Virus record (IMG/VR): IMGVR_UViG_3300032896_000431
Span: 1,157-65,156 of that record
Direction: 5' to 3' (one strand)
DNA from: a virus
Taxonomy: Duplodnaviria; Caudoviricetes
DNA length: 64,000 bases
This document shows, piece after piece, positions 43,427 to 52,711 of the stretch. Both the position numbers and the translations under genes were made by a program. The first letter of the stretch is position 1; each line of letters begins with the position of its first letter. Under the pieces are notes generated by a model. It saw only the letters and a list, made by a program, of their open reading frames with translations. It searched no databases and was not told the DNA's origin.

Positions 43427-45379
43427 GTGGCGACCGGCGACCAGTCCGACATGATGGCGCGCATGCAGGCGGTGCTGCCGCCTTCATGGTTCCCCGATAC
43501 GAGGCCGGTGCTGGATTCGATCCTGGCCGGCATGGGCGCGGTGTGGGCCCGGATCTATGGCGTGCTGTCGTGGGTCCCGTTGCAGACCAGGATCATGACC
43601 TCGACCGAGGCGATGCTGGACCTGGCGGCGTGGGATTTCTTCGGCAACGCACTGCTGCGGCGGGCGGGCGAGGCGGACGGGCCGTTCCTGACACGCATCC
43701 AAAACGAGATGTTCCGTGAGCGGGGGATCCGTGCTGCGGTGGTCGAGGCGCTGATCGACCTGACCGGCGTTGCACCTTGGGTGTTTGAGCCGGCCCGGCC
43801 GGCTGACACCGGCGGTTACGGCACGTCCGGCAGCAGCGCGGGCACCGGCCTGGGCTATGGCTGTGCCGGCGGATATGGCTCGCTGGCGCCCCCGTTCCAG
43901 TTCTTCGTGATCGCCTATCCCGGCACGCCGGAGCCTGGCCCGGCGAACGTCATGGGTTACTACGCCGGATCGGGATGGGCGGGCGGCGGCTACGGCCAGG
44001 GCGCGATCGAGTACGCCACGCCGGCATGGCAGCAAGGGCTGGTGGCCGATTCCGACATCGACAACGCAGTGTCGGAGGTGCTGCCGATCAACACCATCGC
44101 CTGGACGGCTATCACAGAAACCTCGCCGTTCACCGAGCCGCCCGGGGCGGTCACGGGGCTGGCGGCCGGATCGGTGACACAGACCTCGGTGGCCCTCACC
44201 TGGACGGCACCGGCCGGCGGTGGCGCGGTGGGCGCATACGACGTGCTCTATCGGGTGACCGGGAGCGGGGCGTTCTCGATCCTGGCGAGCACGGGGGCGA
44301 CGAACGACACGCTGGCGAGCCTGTATCCGAACACGTCCTATGATTTCGCGGTCTTTGCGGCCAACGGTGCGGGGCCGGGCGCGCTGTCCAACGTGGTGAC
44401 GGTGCAGACGGTGGGGGCGGTGCCGAACACACCAGGCGGGTTCTCTGCGGCGGCGGCGACGCCGGCCTACAGTTCCGCCGCCCTGTCCTGGGCAGCATCC
44501 GTGCCCGACAGCACGCATGGTCCGGCCGCGAGCTACACGGTCAGCTACAGTGCGGGCAACACCGGGGCGTGGACGGTGTTGCAGAGCGGGATCACCGGAC
44601 TGTTCGTGACCGTCACCGGGCTGGCGCACGACACGCTGTACGGCTTCAAGGTCGATGCGGTGAACAGTGACGGGACCAATGTCACGGGCGCCACCACGAC
44701 GCTGACCACCGACTATGCGCCGCCGAATGTGCCGACGGCATTGTCCGTGGCGCCGGTGCCGGATGGCACCACGTCGGAACTGAGTGTCGCCTGGACGGCT
44801 TCGGCCACCGACGGCGCGCACGACGCGGCGACCGGCTACGATGTGCGATACAGCTTGAGCGGCGCGGGATCGTGGACCACGCAAACCGGCGTCACCAGCG
44901 GCGTCGTGCTGACCGGCCTGACCGCCGGCACGGCATACGACGTGCAAGCGCGCGCTACCAACGCTTCCACCACGTCGCCCAGCGCGTGGTCGGCCACCGT
45001 CACCGCGACGACCTGGGCGACGGCCCTGGTGTGGGGTTCTGATGGTCAGGGTGGCAGCCTGCCGCCGACCTCACCGGTCTCGCACACCGGCAGTTGGCCC
45101 GGCGGCGGTTTGAATTTTGCCGCGACGAACCCGCTTTCGCATCCATCCGGCATGACCGGCTGGCTGGTCTATGACACCCAAGGCGTCGTCCCGCCGTCTA
45201 CCGGAAACGAATATGCGGTGTCGTGCTCGACGCCGTGGACCTCGACCTATGGGCAATATCTGGCGCCGCCGCCGACCGCGGGCACCTGGTATGTGTGGGC
45301 GGAGCTGACCACCAGCGCCACGGCCGGCGCCGGGTCCGTGACGGCTGCCATCGTGTCCGGCCCGATCACTGTCACATAG
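43427..45379 (+). CDS. Baseplate gpI-like protein fused to three fibronectin type III repeats
   Basis: N-terminal LDLAAWDFFG...RRAGEAD; repeats of LTWTAP...LYPNTSYDFAVFAAN type. Confidence 0.75.
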   Translation: MATGDQSDMMARMQAVLPPSWFPDTRPVLDSILAGMGAVWARIYGVLSWVPLQTRIMTSTEAMLDLAAWDFFGNALLRRAGEADGPFLTRIQNEMFRERGIRAAVVEALIDLTGVAPWVFEPARPADTGGYGTSGSSAGTGLGYGCAGGYGSLAPPFQFFVIAYPGTPEPGPANVMGYYAGSGWAGGGYGQGAIEYATPAWQQGLVADSDIDNAVSEVLPINTIAWTAITETSPFTEPPGAVTGLAAGSVTQTSVALTWTAPAGGGAVGAYDVLYRVTGSGAFSILASTGATNDTLASLYPNTSYDFAVFAANGAGPGALSNVVTVQTVGAVPNTPGGFSAAAATPAYSSAALSWAASVPDSTHGPAASYTVSYSAGNTGAWTVLQSGITGLFVTVTGLAHDTLYGFKVDAVNSDGTNVTGATTTLTTDYAPPNVPTALSVAPVPDGTTSELSVAWTASATDGAHDAATGYDVRYSLSGAGSWTTQTGVTSGVVLTGLTAGTAYDVQARATNASTTSPSAWSATVTATTWATALVWGSDGQGGSLPPTSPVSHTGSWPGGGLNFAATNPLSHPSGMTGWLVYDTQGVVPPSTGNEYAVSCSTPWTSTYGQYLAPPPTAGTWYVWAELTTSATAGAGSVTAAIVSGPITVT

Positions 45380-45624
45380 CAATGCCGCGATGGCGCTTCG
45401 GCATGGACGTGCCAACCGAACCATGGGGGCCGGAGGATGTGGCGTTCTGGACCGGCACCGCATGGTATGAGCCGTGGAAGGATGTAGCGGCATTCTTCCG
45501 AGAGCCGCCCGTGCCGTCTGACACCACCACCGTCACATAGCGAGGACCAACACGGCCAGACGATGCAGAGCGGCGCTGCAATTACCCCGGCCGTCACCGT
45601 CACCTGACAACTTCGGAGAGACCG

Positions 45625-46896
45625 ATGGACCGCCAGATTGTCTATCCGGGCGCGATTCCGCTCGACACCGACCTGTTGAGCGTGCAGCGCAACATGATGA
45701 TTGCCCATGGCTTCCTGGCGCTGGCCGTGCTGGGCAGCGGGCCGGTGGTCAACGGATTGGCGTGCAATCCGACCAGCCCGGCCTCCATGCAGGTGACGGT
45801 CGGGCCGGGCATCATGGCGTCGATGCAGGTGGTCGATGCGCTGGCGTTCGGCTCCCTGCCGGCAGACACCACGGACGCGCTGATGAAGGTCGGCGTCAAC
45901 CTGACCTCGACCAGCTTCACGCTGACCGCGCCCACCACCTCGGGCGATTCGATCAACTATTTGATCGAGGCGGCGTTCAGCGAGGCGGACGCCGACCCTG
46001 TGGTGCTGCCCTACTACAACGCATCCAACCCGGCGGTGTCCTATTCCGGGCCAGCCAACAGCGGGGCGGCGCAGAACACGCAACGCCAGCAGCGGGTGGC
46101 GCTGACGTTGAAGCCCGGCACCGCGGCGCCGACCAACACCCAGACCACGCCGGCCGTCGATAACAACAATGTCGGCCTGTGGGTCATCACCGCCGCGTAC
46201 GGCGCGAGCAGCATCGTCGCGGCCAACATCGCGCAATATTCCGCCGCCCCTATCATCCCGTTCGCGCTGCCACAGCTTCGCCCCGGCTTCGGCTCTGGCG
46301 TGGCTGCGTTCAACGTTGGCACATCGACATGGACCGTGCCCTCCGGAGTAGCTGCCATCGAAGCGGAGATTTGGGCTGGCGGCTCTGGGTCCTGGGCATC
46401 GACCCCCACGCTGCCGGGTGGGGGCGGCTCCGGCGGCGGCTATTCGCGCAAGCGTATTCTCGTGACGCCGGGGCAGGTTGTTACAGTAGTGGTTGGGGGT
46501 GCCGGGAATGGCGGCACGGTATCACCGGCGGCAGCCCCAACTGCCGGGGGCAATTCGTCTCTGTCGGTCGCCGGCACGGTGGTCATCAGCGCCACCGGCG
46601 GCCAGGTTAACACGACAACGACCGTTACCCAGCCGACCAGCGGCAACCTCGGAGGCGTCGGCTCCGGCGGTGATCTGAACCTTGCTGGTGGCGACGGTGG
46701 TAACGGCGACGCCCCTATTGGCTATGGTGGGATGGGCGGAGATGGCCCGCTGTCCGGCGGGCAGGCCAACTCCGGCACCTTTGGTCGCGGCGGGTATTTT
46801 CCTGGTGGCGGCTCCGGCGGCGCAGGCACGGCGCCGGGTAACACCGCCTATAATGGCGGTAACGGCGCCGCCGGCTACTGCCTTATCCGCTGGTGA
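45625..46896 (+). CDS. Tail fibre protein with glycine-rich C-terminal domain
   Basis: MDRQIVYPGAIP start; WTVPSGV...GGGGSGGG...GYCLIRW. Confidence 0.8.
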   Translation: MDRQIVYPGAIPLDTDLLSVQRNMMIAHGFLALAVLGSGPVVNGLACNPTSPASMQVTVGPGIMASMQVVDALAFGSLPADTTDALMKVGVNLTSTSFTLTAPTTSGDSINYLIEAAFSEADADPVVLPYYNASNPAVSYSGPANSGAAQNTQRQQRVALTLKPGTAAPTNTQTTPAVDNNNVGLWVITAAYGASSIVAANIAQYSAAPIIPFALPQLRPGFGSGVAAFNVGTSTWTVPSGVAAIEAEIWAGGSGSWASTPTLPGGGGSGGGYSRKRILVTPGQVVTVVVGGAGNGGTVSPAAAPTAGGNSSLSVAGTVVISATGGQVNTTTTVTQPTSGNLGGVGSGGDLNLAGGDGGNGDAPIGYGGMGGDGPLSGGQANSGTFGRGGYFPGGGSGGAGTAPGNTAYNGGNGAAGYCLIRW

Positions 46897-46905
46897 GGGC
46901 GCGAC

Positions 46906-48732
46906 ATGCCGACGCTCGATCAGATCCCAGCAGCCAGCCAGGCGATCTCGCCCGCCGACGAGATCATGGTATCGCAGGACGTAGGCGGCGTACGGGTCAC
47001 CGGGAAAGCCACCGTCGGAACGCTGATCGCGCTGCTGGCGTCGCAGGGCTTGCTGCCGGGCGGGTTCATTTCCGGGCAGGGCGCGCCGGCGAGCAGTCTT
47101 GGCGAGGACGGTTGGACCTATCTGAACGCCAGCACGGGCGATGTGTATCAGCGCGCCGCGGGCGTGTGGACCAAGACCGGCAATATCGCTGGGCCGGAGG
47201 GACCGGCTGGCCCGGCGCAGCCGACATTCGCTGTGCCGTCGCTTTCGACGGTCGATTCCATTGGCTCCTCGGACCTGATCCCGATCGGCCAGAACGGCAG
47301 CACCGTGGCCGTGTCCTATGCCACGCTGCTTGATTCCGAGACGATCGACGAACTGACCCCTGCCAGCGCCGCGGCCCAGACCGACACGTTCCTGACGGGG
47401 CAGAACAGCAGCACGCTTGTCCGGCAGACGCTATCGGCGGTGTGGACGCTGATCGCGTCGCTGCTGCCATCGTGGCATCGGCCGGTGGTGGAGCTGACCA
47501 CCAACACCACGCTGGACGGATCGGTGCACAACAACGCGATCCTGGTGGTAAGCCAGCCGATCACGATCACGCCGGCCGCGACGATGGCGAGCGGCTTTTC
47601 CTGCGACATCATCAACGTGTCCGGCAGCAGCGTGACGCTGGGCGCCGGGTTCACCACCAGCAACGCGAGCAATGTCCTGCCTTCCGGCGAGACGGCGCGG
47701 GTGCAGTGCGCGGTGTACAGCGGCGGGACGCTGTATTTCGCCACGCTGTCGGCGGGCAGCGGCGGCTCGGCGCCGGCGGCACCGGGCGAGGTCTCGGCCC
47801 TGTCGGCGACGGCGACGACATCGAGCAGTGTCACGCTGTCGTGGACGGCGCCGGCTTCGGGCGGCCAGGTCACGAGCTACGCGGTGAACTATCGCACGCC
47901 GTCCGGGTCGGGATCGTGGACCGCGGCGGCCGGCAGTCCGGGGTCGGCCTCGGCGACCACATTCACCGTGAGCGGCCTGTCGGCATCGACGGCGTACGAT
48001 TTCGAGGTCATTGCGCAGAACTCGGCGGGCGCGGGGACGGCGGCGGTGCTGTCCGACATCTCAACCGCGGCTGCCGGGACGGCGCCGGGCGCGCCGACCG
48101 ACGTGGCCGCGAGCGGGGCCACCGCGAGCACCATGACGGTTTCCTGGGGCGCGCCGGCCTCGGGCGGCGCGGTGTCCGGGTATTCGGTCTATTACCGGGT
48201 GACCGGCACGACTTCGTGGACGCTGGCGACGGCGAGCCTGGCGGCGAGCGCCACCAGCTATGTCGTCACCGGGCTGTCGGCGAGCACCAGCTACGATTTC
48301 TATGTGGCGGCCAATTCGACCAGCAACGGCAGCACCGCGTCGGCGACGGTGACCGCATCGACCGCGGCCGGCGGCAATTACCTGCTGACCCTGGCCGGCA
48401 CTGGCGGGAATAACCTGCAGCCCGGGGCGACGCTCACGCACGGCCAGGGCGGCATCGTCTGTCAGATCAACATCAACACATCAGCGACCGACGGCAGCTA
48501 TACCGCCCCGGCAAGCGTGTTCTTCGCATGGGGCGCCAACAACACCACGGCTCCGACGACGGGATTGCAGAGCACCTATCCGTATTCGCCGGATGGTTCG
48601 CACAACCTCATGGTGCAGTACCTGAACGCACCGGCAACGGCAGGCAGCGATTACCTGTGGGCGCTGGCGTTCGACATCGGCAGCAATTTGGTTGCTTCGT
48701 TCGTCTGGCCCGGCGCGTTCACCATCACCTGA
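46906..48732 (+). CDS. Tail fibre / adhesin with two Fn3 repeats
   Basis: GAPASSLGEDG...YLN...GDVY motif, a short collagen-like stretch and Fn3 repeats. Confidence 0.7.
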   Translation: MPTLDQIPAASQAISPADEIMVSQDVGGVRVTGKATVGTLIALLASQGLLPGGFISGQGAPASSLGEDGWTYLNASTGDVYQRAAGVWTKTGNIAGPEGPAGPAQPTFAVPSLSTVDSIGSSDLIPIGQNGSTVAVSYATLLDSETIDELTPASAAAQTDTFLTGQNSSTLVRQTLSAVWTLIASLLPSWHRPVVELTTNTTLDGSVHNNAILVVSQPITITPAATMASGFSCDIINVSGSSVTLGAGFTTSNASNVLPSGETARVQCAVYSGGTLYFATLSAGSGGSAPAAPGEVSALSATATTSSSVTLSWTAPASGGQVTSYAVNYRTPSGSGSWTAAAGSPGSASATTFTVSGLSASTAYDFEVIAQNSAGAGTAAVLSDISTAAAGTAPGAPTDVAASGATASTMTVSWGAPASGGAVSGYSVYYRVTGTTSWTLATASLAASATSYVVTGLSASTSYDFYVAANSTSNGSTASATVTASTAAGGNYLLTLAGTGGNNLQPGATLTHGQGGIVCQININTSATDGSYTAPASVFFAWGANNTTAPTTGLQSTYPYSPDGSHNLMVQYLNAPATAGSDYLWALAFDIGSNLVASFVWPGAFTIT

Positions 48733-48745
48733 TCGGGTCCGCGGG

Positions 48746-50809
48746 ATGAGCATGCTTCTGATCGCGCCTGGGGTCGCCCTGGCGCTGGGCAGTGGCGAAC
48801 ATGCGCTGTCGCGTTCGCTTGCCGGATCCTCGGGAGGCGCGGGCGGTTCGCCGGGATCGGCGACCCTGGCCGGCATTTCGGGCCTTTCCGCGTGGTGGGA
48901 CGCCAGCACGGCGTCGGGGCTGCTGGACGCCAACGGCGTGGCGCTGCCTGCGCTTGGGTCCGGCACGGTGGCCTTGATCGCCGATCAGTCCGGTTCCAAC
49001 CGGCCGCTGGCGCCGGTGTTCCTGCAAGTGCCGGGCACGTGGTCGGCCAGCGCCGCGCCGCGGATCAATGGTCTGCTGGGCGGCGTCGGGCGCCCGACCG
49101 GCTATTCCGGCGTGGCGCCGCAGCTTGATCCCAACCTTGGCTTCCAGTGTGCCGGGATTGCGATGGGGTCGGCCGGCGCGTGGACGCGCTACCTGGTCTG
49201 GACTCGGCCGAACCTGCGGCTCAACAGCGGCCAGAACAGCTTGCCGGTTGGTCTGCTGACCGCCGGCTCGACGGTGGTGCTGGCGTTGGACAGCGTTGCC
49301 GGCGGCCGGCTGGTGCTGTTTCCCGGCGCGGCGCAAACGGTGCTGTCGCAGACGATGGAGCGACGGCACACGCACGCTGTCATCATGCGCTATGCCCCGG
49401 GCGCCGGCGTGGATGTGTGGTTGGACGGCCTGCGGGTTGCCACCGGGGCGCCGAATCCGCTGCCGTCGAGCGGCCAGTCACCGCTGACCCTGTTGCACGA
49501 CACCACTTGGCAGGGCAGCGCGCAGTGCTGGTTCAATGAGGCTGCATGCTGGGAACGGTCGCTGTCCGATAGCGAGGTCGGGGTAGCGGTGCTCGCTGCG
49601 GCGCGCTGGGGCCTGGGAGCCAGGCGCGGCATCAACCTGCTGGTGGTGGGACAGAGCAATGCCGGGCTCGGGCTGAATGACGGCGCCTGGCTGGAAACGG
49701 CGCAGGGGGTGGCGTGGCACCTGGGCGCGGCGTCGTATTGCGTGATCGGGCTGTACGGCAGCGGCTCGGCCTATACCTGCATCGGCGGGCACCCGATCTA
49801 CAACGTGCGCCAGCCGCCCGGCACCGGCAGCATCTACCTGCCGGGTTCGTTCCTGAACGATCCGGGCGACGGGTCCGATCCGGCCGGGTGGAGCCTCGGG
49901 TCGCCGGATGGCGAGGCGGTACAGGCCTATCTCGCCGAGCAGGCGGCGGATGACGTGAGCGACATCGCGGCGATCCTGTGGCCGTGGTCGGAGAGCGACA
50001 GCACCCGAGAGTATTCCGAGCTGGCCTACTACAGCGACGGCGCGGTGAACCTGCTGGGGCAGTTGCGCACCATGCTGGGCAAGTCCGCCGCGCAGATGCC
50101 ACTGGTGTGGTGGAACGCCATGCCGTTCTGGACGGACGAAGGCGTGCAGATGGTGCGCGTCGCGATGGCGACGCTGGTGGCGAATGCCGGGCTCAACGTC
50201 ATCTGCGGGATGCCGATGACGGCGGACAGCAATCCGTTGAACGGCACCGATTACAATCACCTGAACACGCCCGACGTGATGCGGCAGGGGATGCTGGCGG
50301 CGGGGCCGACGGCGCGGGCGGTGCTGGCGGCGAGCGGCGGCGACACGATCAGCGCCATCCCCGCTGGCGTGCCGAACGCCGGGCCGGTGATCACGCACGC
50401 CTACAGGCAAAGCAACACCAGCATCATCGTCACGATCCAGCATGATGCCGGCAACGACGTGGTGCTGCCTGGCACCGCGGCGCAGGGCACCGGGTGGACG
50501 GTGATGGACGGCGGCTCGCTGGCTGCGCCCGGCACGCTGGTTTCCGCAACGGCGTGTGCGCGGGTCGATGCAACGCACCTGGAACTGACCTTGTCGCAGG
50601 CGCTGGTCTCGCCCAGCTCGGGCTGCTTGCTGCTCTATCCGTGGGGTTCGACCCGGATTGGCACCGGCAATGCGGTGACCGACAACGCGGCGTCGGTCAC
50701 GCCGCCGGCGGGGTGGAACATCGGCAGCGATCTCGGCAGCGGATGGCTGTGGAATTTTCCGTTGCGGGCGACCACGGCCGGCGTGGCATTGAGCGACAGT
50801 GCGACGTAA
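48746..50809 (+). CDS. Putative virion-associated SGNH esterase (sialate O-acetylesterase-like) with lectin/LamG-like N-terminus
   Basis: LLVVGQSNA nucleophile motif, WSESD and DYNH (DxxH). Confidence 0.65.
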   Translation: MSMLLIAPGVALALGSGEHALSRSLAGSSGGAGGSPGSATLAGISGLSAWWDASTASGLLDANGVALPALGSGTVALIADQSGSNRPLAPVFLQVPGTWSASAAPRINGLLGGVGRPTGYSGVAPQLDPNLGFQCAGIAMGSAGAWTRYLVWTRPNLRLNSGQNSLPVGLLTAGSTVVLALDSVAGGRLVLFPGAAQTVLSQTMERRHTHAVIMRYAPGAGVDVWLDGLRVATGAPNPLPSSGQSPLTLLHDTTWQGSAQCWFNEAACWERSLSDSEVGVAVLAAARWGLGARRGINLLVVGQSNAGLGLNDGAWLETAQGVAWHLGAASYCVIGLYGSGSAYTCIGGHPIYNVRQPPGTGSIYLPGSFLNDPGDGSDPAGWSLGSPDGEAVQAYLAEQAADDVSDIAAILWPWSESDSTREYSELAYYSDGAVNLLGQLRTMLGKSAAQMPLVWWNAMPFWTDEGVQMVRVAMATLVANAGLNVICGMPMTADSNPLNGTDYNHLNTPDVMRQGMLAAGPTARAVLAASGGDTISAIPAGVPNAGPVITHAYRQSNTSIIVTIQHDAGNDVVLPGTAAQGTGWTVMDGGSLAAPGTLVSATACARVDATHLELTLSQALVSPSSGCLLLYPWGSTRIGTGNAVTDNAASVTPPAGWNIGSDLGSGWLWNFPLRATTAGVALSDSAT

Positions 50810-50827
50810 CGACGGCCGGAGCCGGTC

Positions 50828-51028
50828 ATGCGCAAGGATCATCCGCGCCAGAAAGCGCGCAACGCCTCGGTTGACCGTCAGATTGCATTCGCGCGCAGCG
50901 AGGAACTGTCGATCCGCCGGACGATCCTCTCCGGCATCACGGCCGGGATCTCGGCCGCTGTCTCCACCCTGATTGTGAGCCTCATCCAATGGGCGATACG
51001 ACTGTTGGCCGCGAGCGGCCATTTCTGA
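50828..51028 (+). CDS. Small single-TM protein (holin-like?)
   Basis: Basic N-terminus and one hydrophobic helix; upstream of the endolysin remnant. Confidence 0.45.
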   Translation: MRKDHPRQKARNASVDRQIAFARSEELSIRRTILSGITAGISAAVSTLIVSLIQWAIRLLAASGHF

Positions 51029-51202
51029 CGTTGGTGCGCGCGAAGGTGCGCCGCTGCCACGCCCAGCATCCCACACTGTGCTTCATGGTGTGGGCGGCTG
51101 GATCATTCCAGGTGGCCGCCGCGATCATCGCTGCGGCGGCTCGCATCCTGCACCTGCACTGGCAACCGCTTCTGTTCTCGCTGTTCTGACCCCACGGGGC
51201 CG

Positions 51203-51770
51203 ATCACGGGCACGCTCGACCGCCTGCCGGCGGCGCTTCACGCTGTTGCGCCGTGGGTCAATGCTGCTATGTGGACCGAGCCGCTGGCGCCTTCGATCCG
51301 CAGTTGCGGGCTGACCACGCCGCGCCGAGCCGGCATGTTCCCTGGGCAGTTCACCGAGGAGTACCAAGTGCGGGTATTCGGGAGAACCTGAACTTTAGCG
51401 CCGACGCGCTGCGGGCGGAATCTCAACCGCACTTTGCGCTGGCGCCGGGCAAGCCGGCGGCGGACGAGTATGCGCGGCAGCCGGCGCGCAACACCAACTA
51501 CGTGGATTCGATAGCGTGTCACCCAGACCTCGGCAATACCGAACCGGTCGACGGTCAGATCTGCCGTGGGGTGGGCAGGCTGCTGTTGATGGGACGGGCG
51601 ATGAACTCACGGTTCGCGCGGGCGGTGGAGACGAGGATGGAGGCGCCGATCGACTGGATGTAGACGCCGCAGGGCGCGGTGCGGTCCGCGTGCTGGTGCT
51701 GGTTGCCCGCGGACCCTCTGCTGGAGCTGTCGTATGCGTGGGACATCGAGACCGTAAGCCACTTCAATGA
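51203..51770 (+). pseudogene. GH19 endolysin pseudogene
   Basis: GLTTPRRAGMFPGQFTEE, frameshift near 51370-51380, ENLNFSADAL...LGNTEPVDGQICRGVG, in-frame TAG at 51661, then TPQGAVRSACWCW...WDIETVS. Confidence 0.8.
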
Positions 51771-51932
51771 TCGACCGCGGCTGCGGACAGCCAAAATACC
51801 CTTTCCTGAGCGCACCAACCGTTTTATAACCAACCAGCTTAGGGAGCGGGCAAGGCTGACGACCGCAATCGTTTTGTCAAAAAAAGAAGAGCAATCTCGG
51901 TCTGTAATACAGCATCAGGTGGGGGGAGGGAA

Positions 51933-52667
51933 ATGGCTTTCTTCGCAGGCTTTGACGCGAAAAACTACCCGGGCAACGATACGATGAACTGGCTCGCCAC
52001 CAATACCAACCTCAGATGGTGTGGATATTATCTAGCTCCCGCCCCGAACCGCCCTCCATCCGGCTGGCAAGGTCAGTATGCCTCGCTCAAGGCGCAATGG
52101 GGGGTATTACCTATCTATGTCGGCCAACAGGATCCGAACACGGGTAATACTAATTACAACCCATCCAGCATCCTGACGGCGGATCAGGGCACAATCGATG
52201 GAAAGAATGCGGCCGATCTGGCCTCGGCTGATCAATTTCCATCCGGAACATTCGTCTATCTCGACTGGGAGGAGGGAGACCTTAACACGGGCGGCGCCAA
52301 AGATTACATCAGGTCGTGGATCGCGGCAGTGGCCGCAAGCGGCCAGATCATGCCCGGAATATATTGTTCGCACGCGATAGCGTCAGACGTCGCGGCGCTG
52401 GTCGATCAGATCAACCCGACGCCAATTGTCAAGTTCTGGTGCTGGAAAGTAAGCAATCCGACGACGCCGCATCCATATCATGGCGACCTGATGAACATTC
52501 CGCTGCTCGACCCATCGGGTTGCGGAGTTGTGGGCGCTGACGCGTGGCAACGAGAAGACAATGTGGTCCTTGCATTGGGAGACGGCGCACCCGTTACAAC
52601 GTTGCAGGTTGACTTCAGTAGCGCATCTTCTGCCAATCCTGGGGCACCTATCCAACCGGTAGCCTGA
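51933..52667 (+). CDS. DUF1906 (Rv2525c-like, GH25-related) glycoside hydrolase
   Basis: GFDAKNYPG, WCGYYL, VLPIYVGQQ, VYLDWE, PGIYCS. Confidence 0.8.
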   Translation: MAFFAGFDAKNYPGNDTMNWLATNTNLRWCGYYLAPAPNRPPSGWQGQYASLKAQWGVLPIYVGQQDPNTGNTNYNPSSILTADQGTIDGKNAADLASADQFPSGTFVYLDWEEGDLNTGGAKDYIRSWIAAVAASGQIMPGIYCSHAIASDVAALVDQINPTPIVKFWCWKVSNPTTPHPYHGDLMNIPLLDPSGCGVVGADAWQREDNVVLALGDGAPVTTLQVDFSSASSANPGAPIQPVA

Positions 52668-52711
52668 GCAATCAGGGGAGAGACCGAGTTTTCGCGACTG
52701 TCGGAGGCGGT

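Larger units (their letters stand above)
705..51770. mobile_element. Myovirus-type prophage (boundaries approximate; no integrase, att site or replication module seen)
   Basis: Terminase, portal, scaffold, capsid, sheath, tube, tape measure, baseplate J/V/W-like genes, fibres and an endolysin remnant in phage-like order. Confidence 0.9.

Noticed and set aside
32090-50809. Tailocin, eCIS or T6SS interpretation of the tail genes
   Set aside because: Terminase, portal, scaffold and capsid are present in the same cluster.
43427-50809. Diversity-generating retroelement or invertible fibre cassette
   Set aside because: No reverse transcriptase, TR/VR pair or invertase seen.
2108-51076. Many long antisense or alternate-frame ORFs (e.g. 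2108-3805, 12768-14351, 21568-23310, 25857-27461, 49478-51076)
   Set aside because: These are GC-rich shadow frames of recognisable genes, with Arg/Pro/Gly-biased, motif-free translations.
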